A DNA stretch of 64,000 nt from Verrucomicrobiota bacterium (GCA_048498795.1 JBEHXH010000013.1:24717-88716), one strand, 5' to 3'; positions 40,023 to 50,230 are shown, numbered from the stretch's first letter. The notes: generated from the sequence alone by a model not told the origin. Program-made: numbers and translations.

Positions 40023-40882
40023 CCGCCGAACCCGTCGCCATGGCTTCCCGCTCATCCGCTTCCACCGCCCGGCCCATGGCCGTGCCGAATACCGGCGCGT
40101 CCGGGCAAGTCCCCGCTCCCGCGGGCCAGACCCTCATCGACATCGAGCATCTCGATTTCTACTACGGCCCCAACAAGGCGCTCCACGACATCAACCTCAA
40201 GATCGAGGACAAGAAGGTCACTGCGTTCATCGGGCCGTCCGGCTGCGGCAAGTCCACGCTGCTCCGCTGTCTCAACCGCATGAACGACCTGATCGACGGC
40301 ACGCGCATCGGCGCCGGGTCGATCAAGATTCGCGGGGTAAACATCCACCAGCACGACGTCGATGTGATCGAGCTGCGCAAGCGCGTCGGTATGGTCTTCC
40401 AGAAGTCCAATCCCTTCCCGAAGTCGATCTACGAGAACATCACCTACGGCCTCAAGCTGCAGGGCGTCAGTGACAAGGCCCGCCTCGATGAAGTCGTCGA
40501 GAAATCGCTCCGCGGCGCCGCGCTCTGGGATGAAGTGAAGGACCGCCTCCAAGCCAGCGGCCTCGGTCTCTCTGGTGGCCAGCAGCAGCGCCTCTGCATC
40601 GCCCGCGCCATCGCAGTCGAGCCCGAGGTTATCCTGATGGACGAGCCGTGCTCCGCGCTCGATCCGGTCGCGACGGCCAAGGTCGAGGAGCTCATCCAGG
40701 AACTCCGCTCGCAGTTCACCATCGTGATCGTGACGCACAACATGCAGCAGGCCGCGCGTTGCTCGGACAAGACGGCCTTCTTCTACATGGGCAAGCTCAT
40801 CGAGTTCGCCCCCACGCGCGACATCTTCATGAAGCCCGCCAATCCGCAGACGGAAGCCTACGTCTCCGGCCGTTTCGGCTGA
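40016..40882 (+). CDS. pstB: phosphate ABC transporter ATP-binding protein PstB
   Basis: Walker [10 protein letters not shown], signature [14 protein letters not shown], Walker [12 protein letters not shown], and an H-loop. ATGGTAA overlaps the pstA stop; an alternative start is at 40040. Confidence 0.9.
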   Translation: MVTAEPVAMASRSSASTARPMAVPNTGASGQVPAPAGQTLIDIEHLDFYYGPNKALHDINLKIEDKKVTAFIGPSGCGKSTLLRCLNRMNDLIDGTRIGAGSIKIRGVNIHQHDVDVIELRKRVGMVFQKSNPFPKSIYENITYGLKLQGVSDKARLDEVVEKSLRGAALWDEVKDRLQASGLGLSGGQQQRLCIARAIAVEPEVILMDEPCSALDPVATAKVEELIQELRSQFTIVIVTHNMQQAARCSDKTAFFYMGKLIEFAPTRDIFMKPANPQTEAYVSGRFG

Positions 40883-40972
40883 ATTCGATCCGTGACCAAG
40901 TAACGGGAATAACCTGTACCCACTTTCCCGATACTTGGCTCCGACCACCACCCACTTCCTCAACAGACACCC

Positions 40973-41632
40973 ATGACCCACTACGCCGAAGAGATGACCC
41001 AGCTCCGAGAGAACCTGCTCTCCATGGCCAGCCACGCGGAGTCCGCGGTGGCGCGGTCCATGCGCGCGCTGGTCGAGCGCGACGACATCCTCGCTCACCG
41101 CGTGCAGGAGGATGACAACATCCTCGACCAGCTCGAGATCGACATTGACGACATCGCGCTGCACCTGCTCGCCAAGGCGCCGCTCGCGACCGATCTGCGC
41201 CTGACGACCGTCGCGATGAAGATCTGCCAGAACCTCGAGCGCGTGGGCGACGAGGCCGTGAGCATCTCCCGCCGCGCGATCGATCTCAACATGGAGCCGC
41301 AGCTCAAGCCCTATGTCGATCTGCCCCGCATGGCGACGATGGCGATCGAGATGATGCGCGATGCGATCACCGCCTTCATCAACCGCGAGCCCGAGCGCGC
41401 CCGCGCCGTGATCCCGCGCGACAAGGAAGTGGACGAGCTCAACCGCCAGCTCCACCGCGAACTCTCCAGCTACATGGTCGAGCGCCCGACCACCATCTCG
41501 CGCTGCCTGCATCTGATGGTGATCTCGAAGTGCCTTGAGCGCATCGCCGATCACGCGACCAACATCGCCGAAGAGGTCGTCTACCTCTACGAAGCGATCG
41601 ATATCCGCCACTCGGGCGCCAAGCACGAATGA
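40973..41632 (+). CDS. phoU: phosphate signalling complex protein PhoU
   Basis: Two PhoU repeats with conserved E(R/D)IGD metal-binding motifs (LERVGDEAV and LERIADHAT). 219 aa. Confidence 0.85.
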   Translation: MTHYAEEMTQLRENLLSMASHAESAVARSMRALVERDDILAHRVQEDDNILDQLEIDIDDIALHLLAKAPLATDLRLTTVAMKICQNLERVGDEAVSISRRAIDLNMEPQLKPYVDLPRMATMAIEMMRDAITAFINREPERARAVIPRDKEVDELNRQLHRELSSYMVERPTTISRCLHLMVISKCLERIADHATNIAEEVVYLYEAIDIRHSGAKHE

Positions 41633-42318
41633 TGAAGCCTAAAATCCTTCTCGTCGACGACGAACCCGATGCGCTGGATGTGCTCGGGTTCAAACTCAAG
41701 GAAGCGGGTTTTGCGCCCATCTTCGCCAAGGATGGCGCTCGCGCCATCGCGGCGGCTCGCGATGAGCGGCCGGAGCTGATCGTGCTCGATCTCATGCTCC
41801 CCGAGGTCGACGGCCTCGAGGTGTGCAAGATCCTCCGCCGCGATCCCGGCACCGCGAGCATCCCGATCCTCATGCTCACCGCACGTGCGGCCGAGATGGA
41901 CCGCGTGCTCGGTCTCGAACTGGGTGCCGATGACTACGTCACGAAGCCCTTCAGTCCGCGCGAACTCGTGCTTCGCATCAAGAAGCTGCTGGCCCGCGCC
42001 AAGACCGCGGATGACACTAATTCGCTGATTCGCTTCGGCGAGCTGGAGATCGATTCGGCCCGCCATCAGGTGAAGCTGTCGACCGAGGCCGTCACGCTGA
42101 CCGCGACCGAGTTCAAGCTCCTCGAAATTCTCGTCCGTCGCCGTGGCCGCGTGCAAACGCGCGACCGCCTCCTGCAGGATGTCTGGGGCTATGAGAACCC
42201 GATCGACAGTCGCACCGTCGACACCCACATGCGCCGCCTGCGCGAGAAGATCGGGGTTGCTTCCGATTATCTCGAGACAGTTCGCGGGGTCGGCTACCGC
42301 TGCAAAGCGGAGGTCTGA
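41629..42318 (+). CDS. phoB: phosphate regulon response regulator PhoB (OmpR family)
   Basis: Receiver domain (ILLVDDEPD...LIVLDLMLPEVDG...ADDYVTKPF) plus a winged-helix domain (RTVDTHMRRLREK...GVGYR). 4-nt overlap with phoU; followed by phoR. Confidence 0.75.
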   Translation: MMKPKILLVDDEPDALDVLGFKLKEAGFAPIFAKDGARAIAAARDERPELIVLDLMLPEVDGLEVCKILRRDPGTASIPILMLTARAAEMDRVLGLELGADDYVTKPFSPRELVLRIKKLLARAKTADDTNSLIRFGELEIDSARHQVKLSTEAVTLTATEFKLLEILVRRRGRVQTRDRLLQDVWGYENPIDSRTVDTHMRRLREKIGVASDYLETVRGVGYRCKAEV

Positions 42319-42412
42319 GTCGCACGCTCGGGCGTGAGGCCCGAGGCGTGGGCTCGGCCCGCGCGCTTTTCCTTCGCGCATTGGCGCAAACTGGTTTCGT
42401 ATCACCTTTGTC

Positions 42413-43594
42413 GTGACGCTCTTGGAATGGATTCTTCTCGTCGCCTTCGCGGTGACTTTTCTCTCGCTCTGGCGTGAGCGCGGTGCACGCCGTGCTTCGG
42501 AGGCGCGGCACCGCGAGGAGATGGAGTCGGAGAGCATCCGGCGCGCGGAACAGCTCCGTGGTCAATCGGAGCGCACAGCCGCGCTGTTTGACCGGATGGT
42601 TGAGGGCGTGATTGCGCTCGATCAAACCGGCCGCATCCGCCTCGCCAATCGTGCCGCGGGAGCGATGTTCAATTTCAATCCGCCGGCGACTGGCCGGACG
42701 TTGCTCGAGGCGACGCGGAACCACGAAGTTGCTGCGGTGGCATCGCGCCTCGATACCGAGGCTGAGGTACTCGGCCACGAAATCCGTATCGAGTCGAGCG
42801 CCGCGCCGCGTTTCCTGCAGGTGAATGCCCTCGCGCTCCGCGACGGCAACGGCGTGCGCGATGGCGCGATCCTCGTGCTCCATGACCTGACGGCGCTGCG
42901 GCAGGCGGAGAGCCTGCGGCAGGAGTTCGTGGGCAACGTCAGCCATGAGCTGCGCACGCCGCTTTCGCTCATCAAGAGCGCGGCTGAGACTTTGATCGAT
43001 GGGGCGAAGGATGACCCGTCGGCACTAGTGCGTTTCCTGGAAATCATCGACCGTCACGCCAATCGACTGACGCTGCTCATCGACGATCTCCTCCTACTTT
43101 CGACGCTCGACTCGGGACGCGTGCGACTGGAGCTGCGGCCAGTGCCGATGCGCTCGGTAGTGCAGGAAGCGATCGACGATCTCTCGAACCGGGCGCGCAG
43201 CCGGAAAATGGCGATGGAGAATGCTGTGCCCGCCGGGCTGACTGCGCTCGGCGACGCGACGCGTCTGCAGCAAGTGCTCGGCAACCTCCTCGACAACGCG
43301 GTGAAGTACGGTCGCAACGAAGGCAAGATTCGCATCAATGCCCAGCTCATCGGCGACAAGCTCGTCGAGGTGTCGGTGCGCGATGACGGACCGGGCATCC
43401 CGGTCGAGGCGCAGGGGCGGATTTTCGAGCGTTTCTATCGCGTCGACAAGGCGCGGTCGCGTGAGCAAGGCGGCACAGGCCTCGGTCTCGCGATCGTGAA
43501 ACATGTCGTGCAGGCGCACGGCGGCGAGGTGCGGGTGGAGAGCGTAGTCGGGCAGGGCGCGGTGTTTTTCTTCACGCTGCCGGTGGCGAGCTGA
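42413..43594 (+). CDS. phoR: phosphate regulon sensor histidine kinase PhoR
   Basis: N-terminal TM segment, a PAS-like segment, an H-box (SHELRTPLSLI), an N-box (LLDNAVKYG), and G-boxes (DDGPGIP, GGTGLGLAIV). Confidence 0.75.
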   Translation: MTLLEWILLVAFAVTFLSLWRERGARRASEARHREEMESESIRRAEQLRGQSERTAALFDRMVEGVIALDQTGRIRLANRAAGAMFNFNPPATGRTLLEATRNHEVAAVASRLDTEAEVLGHEIRIESSAAPRFLQVNALALRDGNGVRDGAILVLHDLTALRQAESLRQEFVGNVSHELRTPLSLIKSAAETLIDGAKDDPSALVRFLEIIDRHANRLTLLIDDLLLLSTLDSGRVRLELRPVPMRSVVQEAIDDLSNRARSRKMAMENAVPAGLTALGDATRLQQVLGNLLDNAVKYGRNEGKIRINAQLIGDKLVEVSVRDDGPGIPVEAQGRIFERFYRVDKARSREQGGTGLGLAIVKHVVQAHGGEVRVESVVGQGAVFFFTLPVAS

Positions 43595-43602
43595 GCGCCG
43601 AG

Positions 43603-45153
43603 TTATCCGCCGCGGGCGAAGGGCTGTTTTTTTCCGTTCGGTAAAGCGTTGTCGAGGTGGACAAGGGCACCGCCGAAGAGAAGGCGACGTTGCTCTGAGG
43701 AAAGGCCCGGCTCGAGGGTGGCAACGCGGTATTCCTCGTAGGCGTCTTCGGTGGCCTTGTAGAGAGCGAAGCGCGTGACGGCACCTAGGGCGGCAGCCAG
43801 TTGGCGCGGGTCGTCGGTGCCCAGAAATGTGGCGACGTCGGTTTGCAACGATTTCACCTCGGCCGTGAGTTGGTCACGTTTCGCCTCGTAGGCATCGATG
43901 ATTACCGCGAGCTGTTCGCGAAATCGATCGATCTGCCTTCCTCCCACGGAGCGAGGATCGCGCGACTCTTGATCGGGGATCACACGCAACCGCAGGTCCA
44001 AGCCTTGATATTCCATGGTGAAGACGGCGGGCAGATTTGGATACTGCGCCACGACGGCGTCGATCAGCGGCATCGTATCGCGCTGCAGCGCGCGACGCTG
44101 ATCAAGCACGGCCGCGATACGGCCGGTGAGGATCGGTGGCAGCGGCGACGTGACTGTATGCTTGATCGGCGGACGAGCGGCCTGGTGGCCGACGCGAATT
44201 TCTTCAGCGAGTTTTTCGAGCTTAGTGAAGCGCGGGGCCTGATTCTGGGCGAGGCGCTCGTAGGCCGGGGTGCGAAAGATATTCAGCGGCACGTTGTCCT
44301 TGGTGATTACGAGATCGATGAGTTCTTGCTTGAGCGCGGTCTTGAGCTGCTTGAAGGCGAAGACTTTCTCCGCAAGTGCACCGCTTGGCTCGGGGTCGAG
44401 CTTTACGCGGGAAGTCTCGGGCAGGAAGTACAGCGCGGAGTCGGGCAACGGCACATTGGCCGCGTCGCGCGGCTGAGCAAAAATTTCTTGCGCAATCTCG
44501 CGCAGTAGACGGCGCTGGGCAGGCGAGAGGCCGTCCTGATAGTAGGCGGTGGCGCGCATGACCTCCGCCTTTTCGTAGTCGCTATAGCCGCCCTCGGTCA
44601 GGCTCCACATGCGATGGGCGGACCAATCGTTGGACCAGCGGGAGATTTCGTCGCGCAAAGTCTCGCCCTCGCGCTCAAGCGCGGCGATCAGCGGAGTTTG
44701 TTTTGCCGCGAGCTCCTGCAAGGCAGCAAGGCGATCTGCGCGGGGGAAATCGTGCGTGCGCTCGAGCTCGGCCCGCAACTCGACGAGGAGATTGTCGCGC
44801 GCGATACGGTAGTGATCGAGCCGATGCCGGATCGGGAGCGAGAAGTCTCGTGTTGCGAGACGCGTCGCGAGCATCGCGTAAAACGGCTCGTCGAGATAAA
44901 GTGCCATTTCTTCCGGCGCGGCAAACGGCCCGCCTGTCGGCACCGAGGCTGCGACCGAGAGATCTCCGAGAGCGGGCGTGATGGGCGGAAAATATACCGG
45001 CTTAAGCGAACCGCGAGGGACGGCCGGTTGCTCCACGCTGTCGGGTGCGCGCAGCGGAGGGAGCGGGGCGTTGGTGTAACTCTCTCCGTCAGCCAACGCT
45101 AAGGATGGCGCGATCAAGACCAGACAACCGCGGCAGCAGAGTGATAGGCGCAT
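43603..45153 (-). CDS. secreted protein of unknown function, paralogue family B member (tandem copy 3 of 3)
   Basis: Signal peptide, then VYFPPITPALGD, LYLDEPFYAMLATRL, IRHRLDHYRIARDNLLVELRAELERTHDF, and a C-terminal LEPGLSSEQRRLLFGGALVHLDNALP. Confidence 0.6.
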   Translation of the reverse strand: MRLSLCCRGCLVLIAPSLALADGESYTNAPLPPLRAPDSVEQPAVPRGSLKPVYFPPITPALGDLSVAASVPTGGPFAAPEEMALYLDEPFYAMLATRLATRDFSLPIRHRLDHYRIARDNLLVELRAELERTHDFPRADRLAALQELAAKQTPLIAALEREGETLRDEISRWSNDWSAHRMWSLTEGGYSDYEKAEVMRATAYYQDGLSPAQRRLLREIAQEIFAQPRDAANVPLPDSALYFLPETSRVKLDPEPSGALAEKVFAFKQLKTALKQELIDLVITKDNVPLNIFRTPAYERLAQNQAPRFTKLEKLAEEIRVGHQAARPPIKHTVTSPLPPILTGRIAAVLDQRRALQRDTMPLIDAVVAQYPNLPAVFTMEYQGLDLRLRVIPDQESRDPRSVGGRQIDRFREQLAVIIDAYEAKRDQLTAEVKSLQTDVATFLGTDDPRQLAAALGAVTRFALYKATEDAYEEYRVATLEPGLSSEQRRLLFGGALVHLDNALPNGKKQPFARGG

Positions 45154-45244
45154 CGGATGACGGGGTGATCTCCAGAGTACGCCGCGAGTATCGGCTAACT
45201 ATATACATCCGGCCAGCCGAAATTAATCATCCATTTGGCCAATG

Positions 45245-46831
45245 TCAGCGGGTGGGACTCGCGGTGGGCTGAGCCACGGCGGAGGGCAGAGCGATGTCGA
45301 GTCGAGCGAGGCCGGCGCCAAAAAGCAGGCGGCGCTGCGCGGGGGAAAGTCCCGGTTCGAGCGCGGCCGCACGATACTCGGCGAAAGCGTCGTAAGTGGA
45401 TTTGATGAGGGCGTGCTGAGCCGTCACACCGATGACCGCACCGATTTTCACGGGGTCGCTCGTGCCGAGAAAAGCTGCGACCTCGACCCGCACCGCCTCG
45501 ACTTCCTTCGAGAGTTCCTCGTAGCGATCGTCGTAACGGCTCATGATGGCCGCGAATTCGAGCCGGAATTTTTCGATCTCTCGTCCTTTGGCCGACTCCG
45601 GGTCGCTGGCGCCGCCGTACGGAATAAGTTTAGTGACCAGCCGGTTGCCGCGCAACTCCGCTATGAGTGTGGCGGGCAGCTTCGGATAGCGCGCGTTGAG
45701 CTCGTTGATCTCGGCCATCGTGTCGCGGTGCAGGGCGCGACGCAAATCGATCACGGCGGCGATGCGACCGCTCAACACGGGCGGCAGGGGGGAAATCGGG
45801 GTGCGTGGGCGCGCAGGCTTGGTGGCGTCATACGCGCGCCGGATTTCCTCGGCGAGCTCCTCAAGTTGGGCGATGCGCGGTGCCTGTTTTTCCGCGAGGC
45901 GTTGAAACGCCGAGGTGCGTAGGAGGGCCAGCGAGCGGTTATCCTCTTTTGCGACCGCAGCACGAAGTTCCTCCTTGAGGGCGGTCTTGAGCTGCTGAAA
46001 TTCCGCTAGCTTGGTGGCCAGCGGGGTATCGTATTTCGCGACGATGCGCACTTGTGCGCCCTCGGGCAGGAAGGCGACGACATTGTCGCGAAGGGCGTCC
46101 TTTCGTCGCCTGGGTTGTGCTCCGAGGATATCGTTGGCCGCTTCGCGCAGCAGGCGGCGCTGCGCGAGAGAAAGCCCGTCCTGAAAATACGCCATCCCGC
46201 GCATCGCTTGGGCCTCATCCTTGTCCGTATACGCGTTTTTTCCGTCGCCGAGGCGCCAAACGCGTTTGGCTGACCAATCGTAGGTGGATTTGGAGAACGC
46301 GTCGCGCAGGTCCTCAGCGGTTTGCTCAAGCTCGGCGAGCGCAGGCGCCTGTTTCTTCGCGAGCATTTCCAATGCGGCTAGGCGATCCTCACGAGAAAAG
46401 TCCGCGGTGCGTTCCAGTTCCGCGCGGAGCTCGACGAGGAGGTTGTCGCGGCCGATACGATAGTGATCCAGCGGATGCCGGAGCCGCATGGTGAAATCGT
46501 CCCCGTCGAGCCGCGCGGCGAGCACCGCGTAGAACGGTTCATCGATGTAGAGCGACATCTCCTCGGGCGCATTGGCCACGCCACGGGCAGCAACGGAGGA
46601 GCTGGGCGTGGTATCGCCCATCCCGGGCGGTATAGGCGGATAAAAGACGGTGACGGGCTTCGGCGGGCTATCCCGCACGTTGAACTCGGGCATCGGACGG
46701 TTGTTCGGATCTGCCCGCGGCTCGGGCGGCGGAATGTAAGTAGGCTCGTCGGCGTAGACCGCACCAGCCAGTAGCCAAGCAAGAACCGGTCCGCACCAGC
46801 AACGGCGACTGAAAACATGACGGGGTGGCAT
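45245..46831 (-). CDS. secreted protein of unknown function, paralogue family B member (tandem copy 2 of 3)
   Basis: Signal peptide (VLAWLLAGAVYA), then FYPPIPPGMGD, LYIDEPFYAVLAARL, LRHPLDHYRIGRDNLLVELRAELERTADFSREDRLAALEMLAKKQ, and a C-terminal LEPGLSPAQRRLLFGAGLARLDIALP. Confidence 0.6.
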   Translation of the reverse strand: MPPRHVFSRRCWCGPVLAWLLAGAVYADEPTYIPPPEPRADPNNRPMPEFNVRDSPPKPVTVFYPPIPPGMGDTTPSSSVAARGVANAPEEMSLYIDEPFYAVLAARLDGDDFTMRLRHPLDHYRIGRDNLLVELRAELERTADFSREDRLAALEMLAKKQAPALAELEQTAEDLRDAFSKSTYDWSAKRVWRLGDGKNAYTDKDEAQAMRGMAYFQDGLSLAQRRLLREAANDILGAQPRRRKDALRDNVVAFLPEGAQVRIVAKYDTPLATKLAEFQQLKTALKEELRAAVAKEDNRSLALLRTSAFQRLAEKQAPRIAQLEELAEEIRRAYDATKPARPRTPISPLPPVLSGRIAAVIDLRRALHRDTMAEINELNARYPKLPATLIAELRGNRLVTKLIPYGGASDPESAKGREIEKFRLEFAAIMSRYDDRYEELSKEVEAVRVEVAAFLGTSDPVKIGAVIGVTAQHALIKSTYDAFAEYRAAALEPGLSPAQRRLLFGAGLARLDIALPSAVAQPTASPTR

Positions 46832-46943
46832 GTGCAGATAGGAAAGGCCGGCGTTTGCGTCGGATCAATCGAAAGCTACGACATGAAATGATCGTAGGTT
46901 ACACCCTTTATCGGGCTGCGACACACGCGCGCGGACCTCCGCT

Positions 46944-48491
46944 CTATCGGCGACCGCGGCCTGTAGGTTGCGGCTCGGCCGAGGGGAGCGCGATGTCCAG
47001 ATGACCGAGGCTGGCACCAAAGAGCAAGCGACGCTGTTCGGCGGAGAGACCGGGCTCGATGGTGGAGATACGGTACTCGGCGTAGGCTTCTTCGTTGGCT
47101 TTCGCCATGGAGTAGATCGCAACGACGCCGAGGGCATCGTTGATTTTTTGCGGGTCGGTGGTGTTGAGAAAAGCGCCCGCGTCGGCGCGCAGCGACTCGA
47201 TTTCCTTTTTCAGAGCATCGAGCCGATCGTCATAGCTATCGAGCGCCACGCGCACTTCTTTGCGATATTTTTCGAGCATCCGGCCTTGAGGAGACTCGGG
47301 ATCGTTGGCGCTCGGGTAAGGGATGATACGGGTCACGAGCTGCGTCCCGCGAAATTCCATCACGACCGTCGCGGGAAGATTGGGGTAGCGGGGATTTATC
47401 TCGTTGAGCGCGTTGATCGTGTCGCGCTGGAGCGCGCGGCGCATGTCGAGCACGGCGGCGATGCGCGCGGTCATCAGGGGCGGCAGCGGAGAAAGCGGCG
47501 GGCGCGGACGCGGGGGACGAGTCGCATCGTACTCGCGGCGGATGTCTTCGGCGAGACGCTCCAGACGAGCAATACGGGACGCCTGCTGCGTCGCGAGACT
47601 TTGATAGGCGTTGGTGCGGATGAAACCGAAGATCGTATCATCCCGCTGCAGGACGAGGGCGCGCAGTTCATCCTTCAGCTCTTTCTTAAGACGCTTGAAT
47701 TCCTCGGTCTTGGCCGCGAGCGGGGTGCCGTCGGTCACGGGTATGCGGATACGCGAACCCTCTGGCAGGAACGCGACCACGAAGTCTCGCGGGGGTGAAG
47801 CGGGCTTTTTCCCGGTGCGAGCGGGGTCGTTGAGTACGTCATTGGCGGCTTCCCGCAAAAGGCGGCGCTGCGAGGTCGACAACCCGTCTTGGTAAAATGC
47901 CACGGCGCGCATCACCTCGGCTTCATCGGAGGCGGAATATTCGCGGGTGCCGTCGCCGAGGCGCCAGTTGCGAATCGCGGACCAATGATATGCGGATTTC
48001 GCGAACGACTGCCGCAGTTCCTCTGCGTCGTGTTCCAGCGCTGCGAGCGCAGCGGCCTGTTTCTTCGCCAGCTCCTCAAGGGCGGCTAGTCGGTCGTCTC
48101 GGGAAAAATCCGACGTGCGCTCCAACTCGGCGCGAAGCTCAACGAGGAGATTGTCGCGGGCGATGCGGTAGTGATCCAGCGGGTGCCGCAGCCGCATGGA
48201 GAAATTGTCCTCGTGCAAACGGGTCGCGAGGATGGGATAGAACAGCTCGTCGACGTAGAGCGACATCTCCTCGGGGGCGCTGGCCATGCCGCCCTTGCCG
48301 AGTGACTCACCCGGAGAGGATTCGCCCATGCCCGGAGGAACGGGCGGAAAGAAGATGGGGTAGGGCTTTATCCATACGTCACGGTATTCTGCTGGGGGGG
48401 ACGAATCCAACTGCGCTCGAACCGCTGCCGCCGACCACCACGCCAAGCCTGCGACCACGGCGATCCGCAGGCACTTGGGGTGGGAGGGCAT
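46944..48491 (-). CDS. secreted protein of unknown function, paralogue family B member (tandem copy 1 of 3, directly downstream of pitA)
   Basis: The start is chosen at MPSHPKCLRIAVVAGLAWWSAAAVRA (signal peptide); the longer ORF start at 48617 would overlap pitA. It contains FFPPVPPGMGE, LYVDELFYPILATRL, LRHPLDHYRIARDNLLVELRAELERTSDFSRDDRLAALEELAKKQ, and a C-terminal IEPGLSAEQRRLLFGASLGHLDIALP. Confidence 0.6.
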   Translation of the reverse strand: MPSHPKCLRIAVVAGLAWWSAAAVRAQLDSSPPAEYRDVWIKPYPIFFPPVPPGMGESSPGESLGKGGMASAPEEMSLYVDELFYPILATRLHEDNFSMRLRHPLDHYRIARDNLLVELRAELERTSDFSRDDRLAALEELAKKQAAALAALEHDAEELRQSFAKSAYHWSAIRNWRLGDGTREYSASDEAEVMRAVAFYQDGLSTSQRRLLREAANDVLNDPARTGKKPASPPRDFVVAFLPEGSRIRIPVTDGTPLAAKTEEFKRLKKELKDELRALVLQRDDTIFGFIRTNAYQSLATQQASRIARLERLAEDIRREYDATRPPRPRPPLSPLPPLMTARIAAVLDMRRALQRDTINALNEINPRYPNLPATVVMEFRGTQLVTRIIPYPSANDPESPQGRMLEKYRKEVRVALDSYDDRLDALKKEIESLRADAGAFLNTTDPQKINDALGVVAIYSMAKANEEAYAEYRISTIEPGLSAEQRRLLFGASLGHLDIALPSAEPQPTGRGRR

Positions 48492-48517
48492 GCCCGTTAT
48501 CGGACAATATATTCCGA

Positions 48518-49579
48518 TTAAATCAAATGAAAGACGCGCACCAACCCGTAGCCAAGTGCCCCCGTAATCGGGAGCGTGAGCACCCACGCCCACACGATGC
48601 GGCCAACGACGCCCCACTTCACGGCGCTGAAGCGCTTGGTCGCGCCCACGCCCATGATAGAGGTGGAGATGACGTGCGTAGTGGAAACGGGGATACCGTA
48701 AGAGGCGGCGCCTTGCAGAACGAGCGCAGCGGTCGTCTCCGCGGCGAACCCGTGCACGGGCTGCAGCTTCACCATCTTGTGACCCATCGTCTTGATGATA
48801 CGCCAGCCGCCCGCGGCGGTGCCCGCGGCCATCGTGAGCGCGCAGGTAAACACCACCCAGCGCGGGATGTCCTTAAATTCCGTGACACTGAGAAACGACA
48901 GCCAAGGAGGCAGATCTTTGAAGATGCCCTGCGCGGTGCCGGTCACGAGCGCGAGCGTGATGATGCCCATCGTTTTTTGCGCGTCGTTGGAGCCATGGCT
49001 GAAGCCCATGAAGCCTGCGCTCACGAGCTGAAGCTTGCCGAACGTGACGTTGACGAAGCGCGGTGTCGCTTTGCGCAGCACGATCATGAGCAGCGCCATC
49101 AGCAAAGCTCCGCCGATGAAACCGAAGACCGGCGAGATGAGCATGGGCAGCACGACCTTGGGCCAGAGGCCGATAGCCGCCCCCTTCTTGTCGACGGTGG
49201 ACCAGATGAGGACATGCCAGTTGTCATGCGCAGTGGCGAGGGCTGCGCCGCAAAGGCCGCCGATCAATGCGTGGCTGGAACTCGACGGCAGGCCGAGCCA
49301 CCACGTGAGCAGATTCCAGACGATCGCGGCGATCAACGCGCATAGCACGGTGTGCATCGTGGCGGCGCCGGCATCGACGAGGCCACCGCTGATGGTCTTG
49401 GCGACAGCGGTGCCGCAGAGCGCGCCGACGAGGTTCCACGCTGCGGCCCAGATCACTGCGGCGCGCGGGGTGAGGACCTTGGTCGAGACGACGGTTGCGA
49501 TGGCGTTGGCCGTATCGTGAAAGCCGTTGATGTACTCGAAGACCAGCGCCGCGAGGAGGACGAGCAGGAAGAGGGTCAT
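48518..49579 (-). CDS. pitA: inorganic phosphate transporter, PiT family
   Basis: YINGFHDTANAIATVVSTKVL and a second repeat ...GFSHGSNDAQKTMGIITLAL (the paired GANDVAN-type motifs of PiT/PHO-4). ~10 TM helices. Confidence 0.85.
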   Translation of the reverse strand: MTLFLLVLLAALVFEYINGFHDTANAIATVVSTKVLTPRAAVIWAAAWNLVGALCGTAVAKTISGGLVDAGAATMHTVLCALIAAIVWNLLTWWLGLPSSSSHALIGGLCGAALATAHDNWHVLIWSTVDKKGAAIGLWPKVVLPMLISPVFGFIGGALLMALLMIVLRKATPRFVNVTFGKLQLVSAGFMGFSHGSNDAQKTMGIITLALVTGTAQGIFKDLPPWLSFLSVTEFKDIPRWVVFTCALTMAAGTAAGGWRIIKTMGHKMVKLQPVHGFAAETTAALVLQGAASYGIPVSTTHVISTSIMGVGATKRFSAVKWGVVGRIVWAWVLTLPITGALGYGLVRVFHLI

Positions 49580-49594
49580 GGGCCGGCGGCGGCG

Positions 49595-50230
49595 TCAGGA
49601 GTGCTTGAGCACGATCTGCACGACGATGTTGCCTGCGCTGCGGCAGCGATCCACCGCGCGTTCCACCATCTCGAGCAAGTCTTGGATAATCACGAGCTCC
49701 TTGGCCGTGCACGGGCCGGAGTAGAGCTGCTTGAGCTGCGCGAGCATGACCTTGTCGGCCTCGCCCTCGGCGAACTGGAGGCGGTCATTGGCCTCGCGGA
49801 TGCGCTCGATGCTCGTTCCGCCGCGGAGCTGCTTCACCATCTCGACCACTGCATCGGCCGCCTGCGAAAGCAGCTCAGCCTGGCGGGCAAACAAATCCGG
49901 CGGCAAGCGCCCGGGGTAGATCGAAATATGCTCGGCGACCTTCTCGACCTGCTTCGGGATGCGGTAGAGGGCGAACGACAACGCCTCGATGTCCTCGCGC
50001 TCGAGCGGCGTGACGAACGTCCGGCTCAGTGCCTCGGACATCTCGTGGCGGATGCGCTTCTCCTTGCGGCGGCTCTGGGTGAAGGCGTCGAGCGCCGACT
50101 GGCCGCCAGAGGAGACGGTCTGGAGATACTGGGCGAAGAGCCCGACGCTCACCTTGGCCTCTTCGGCACCGGCTTCGAGGAGATCGAAGAACTTGTCGTC
50201 TTTCCCGAGGAGTTTTTTCAGCGAAAGCAT
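49595..50230 (-). CDS. DUF47 (PhoU-like) Pit accessory protein
   Basis: MLSLKKLLGKDDKFFDLLEAGAEEA...; a ~200-aa helical protein immediately upstream of and co-directional with pitA, the conserved DUF47-PiT pair. The longer ORF start at 50359 is rejected. Confidence 0.7.
   Translation of the reverse strand: MLSLKKLLGKDDKFFDLLEAGAEEAKVSVGLFAQYLQTVSSGGQSALDAFTQSRRKEKRIRHEMSEALSRTFVTPLEREDIEALSFALYRIPKQVEKVAEHISIYPGRLPPDLFARQAELLSQAADAVVEMVKQLRGGTSIERIREANDRLQFAEGEADKVMLAQLKQLYSGPCTAKELVIIQDLLEMVERAVDRCRSAGNIVVQIVLKHS

Noticed and set aside
37250-41626. Long minus-strand ORFs (37250-39070, 38889-40055, 40052-41626)
   Set aside because: Antisense to pstC, pstA, pstB and phoU.
42319-42412. Possible Pho box between phoB and phoR (GTATCAC cttt GTCGTGA)
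   Set aside because: The half-sites are weaker matches to the TTGTCAC core than those at 34946 and 50253. phoR is probably co-transcribed with phoB, so this is not reported as a site.
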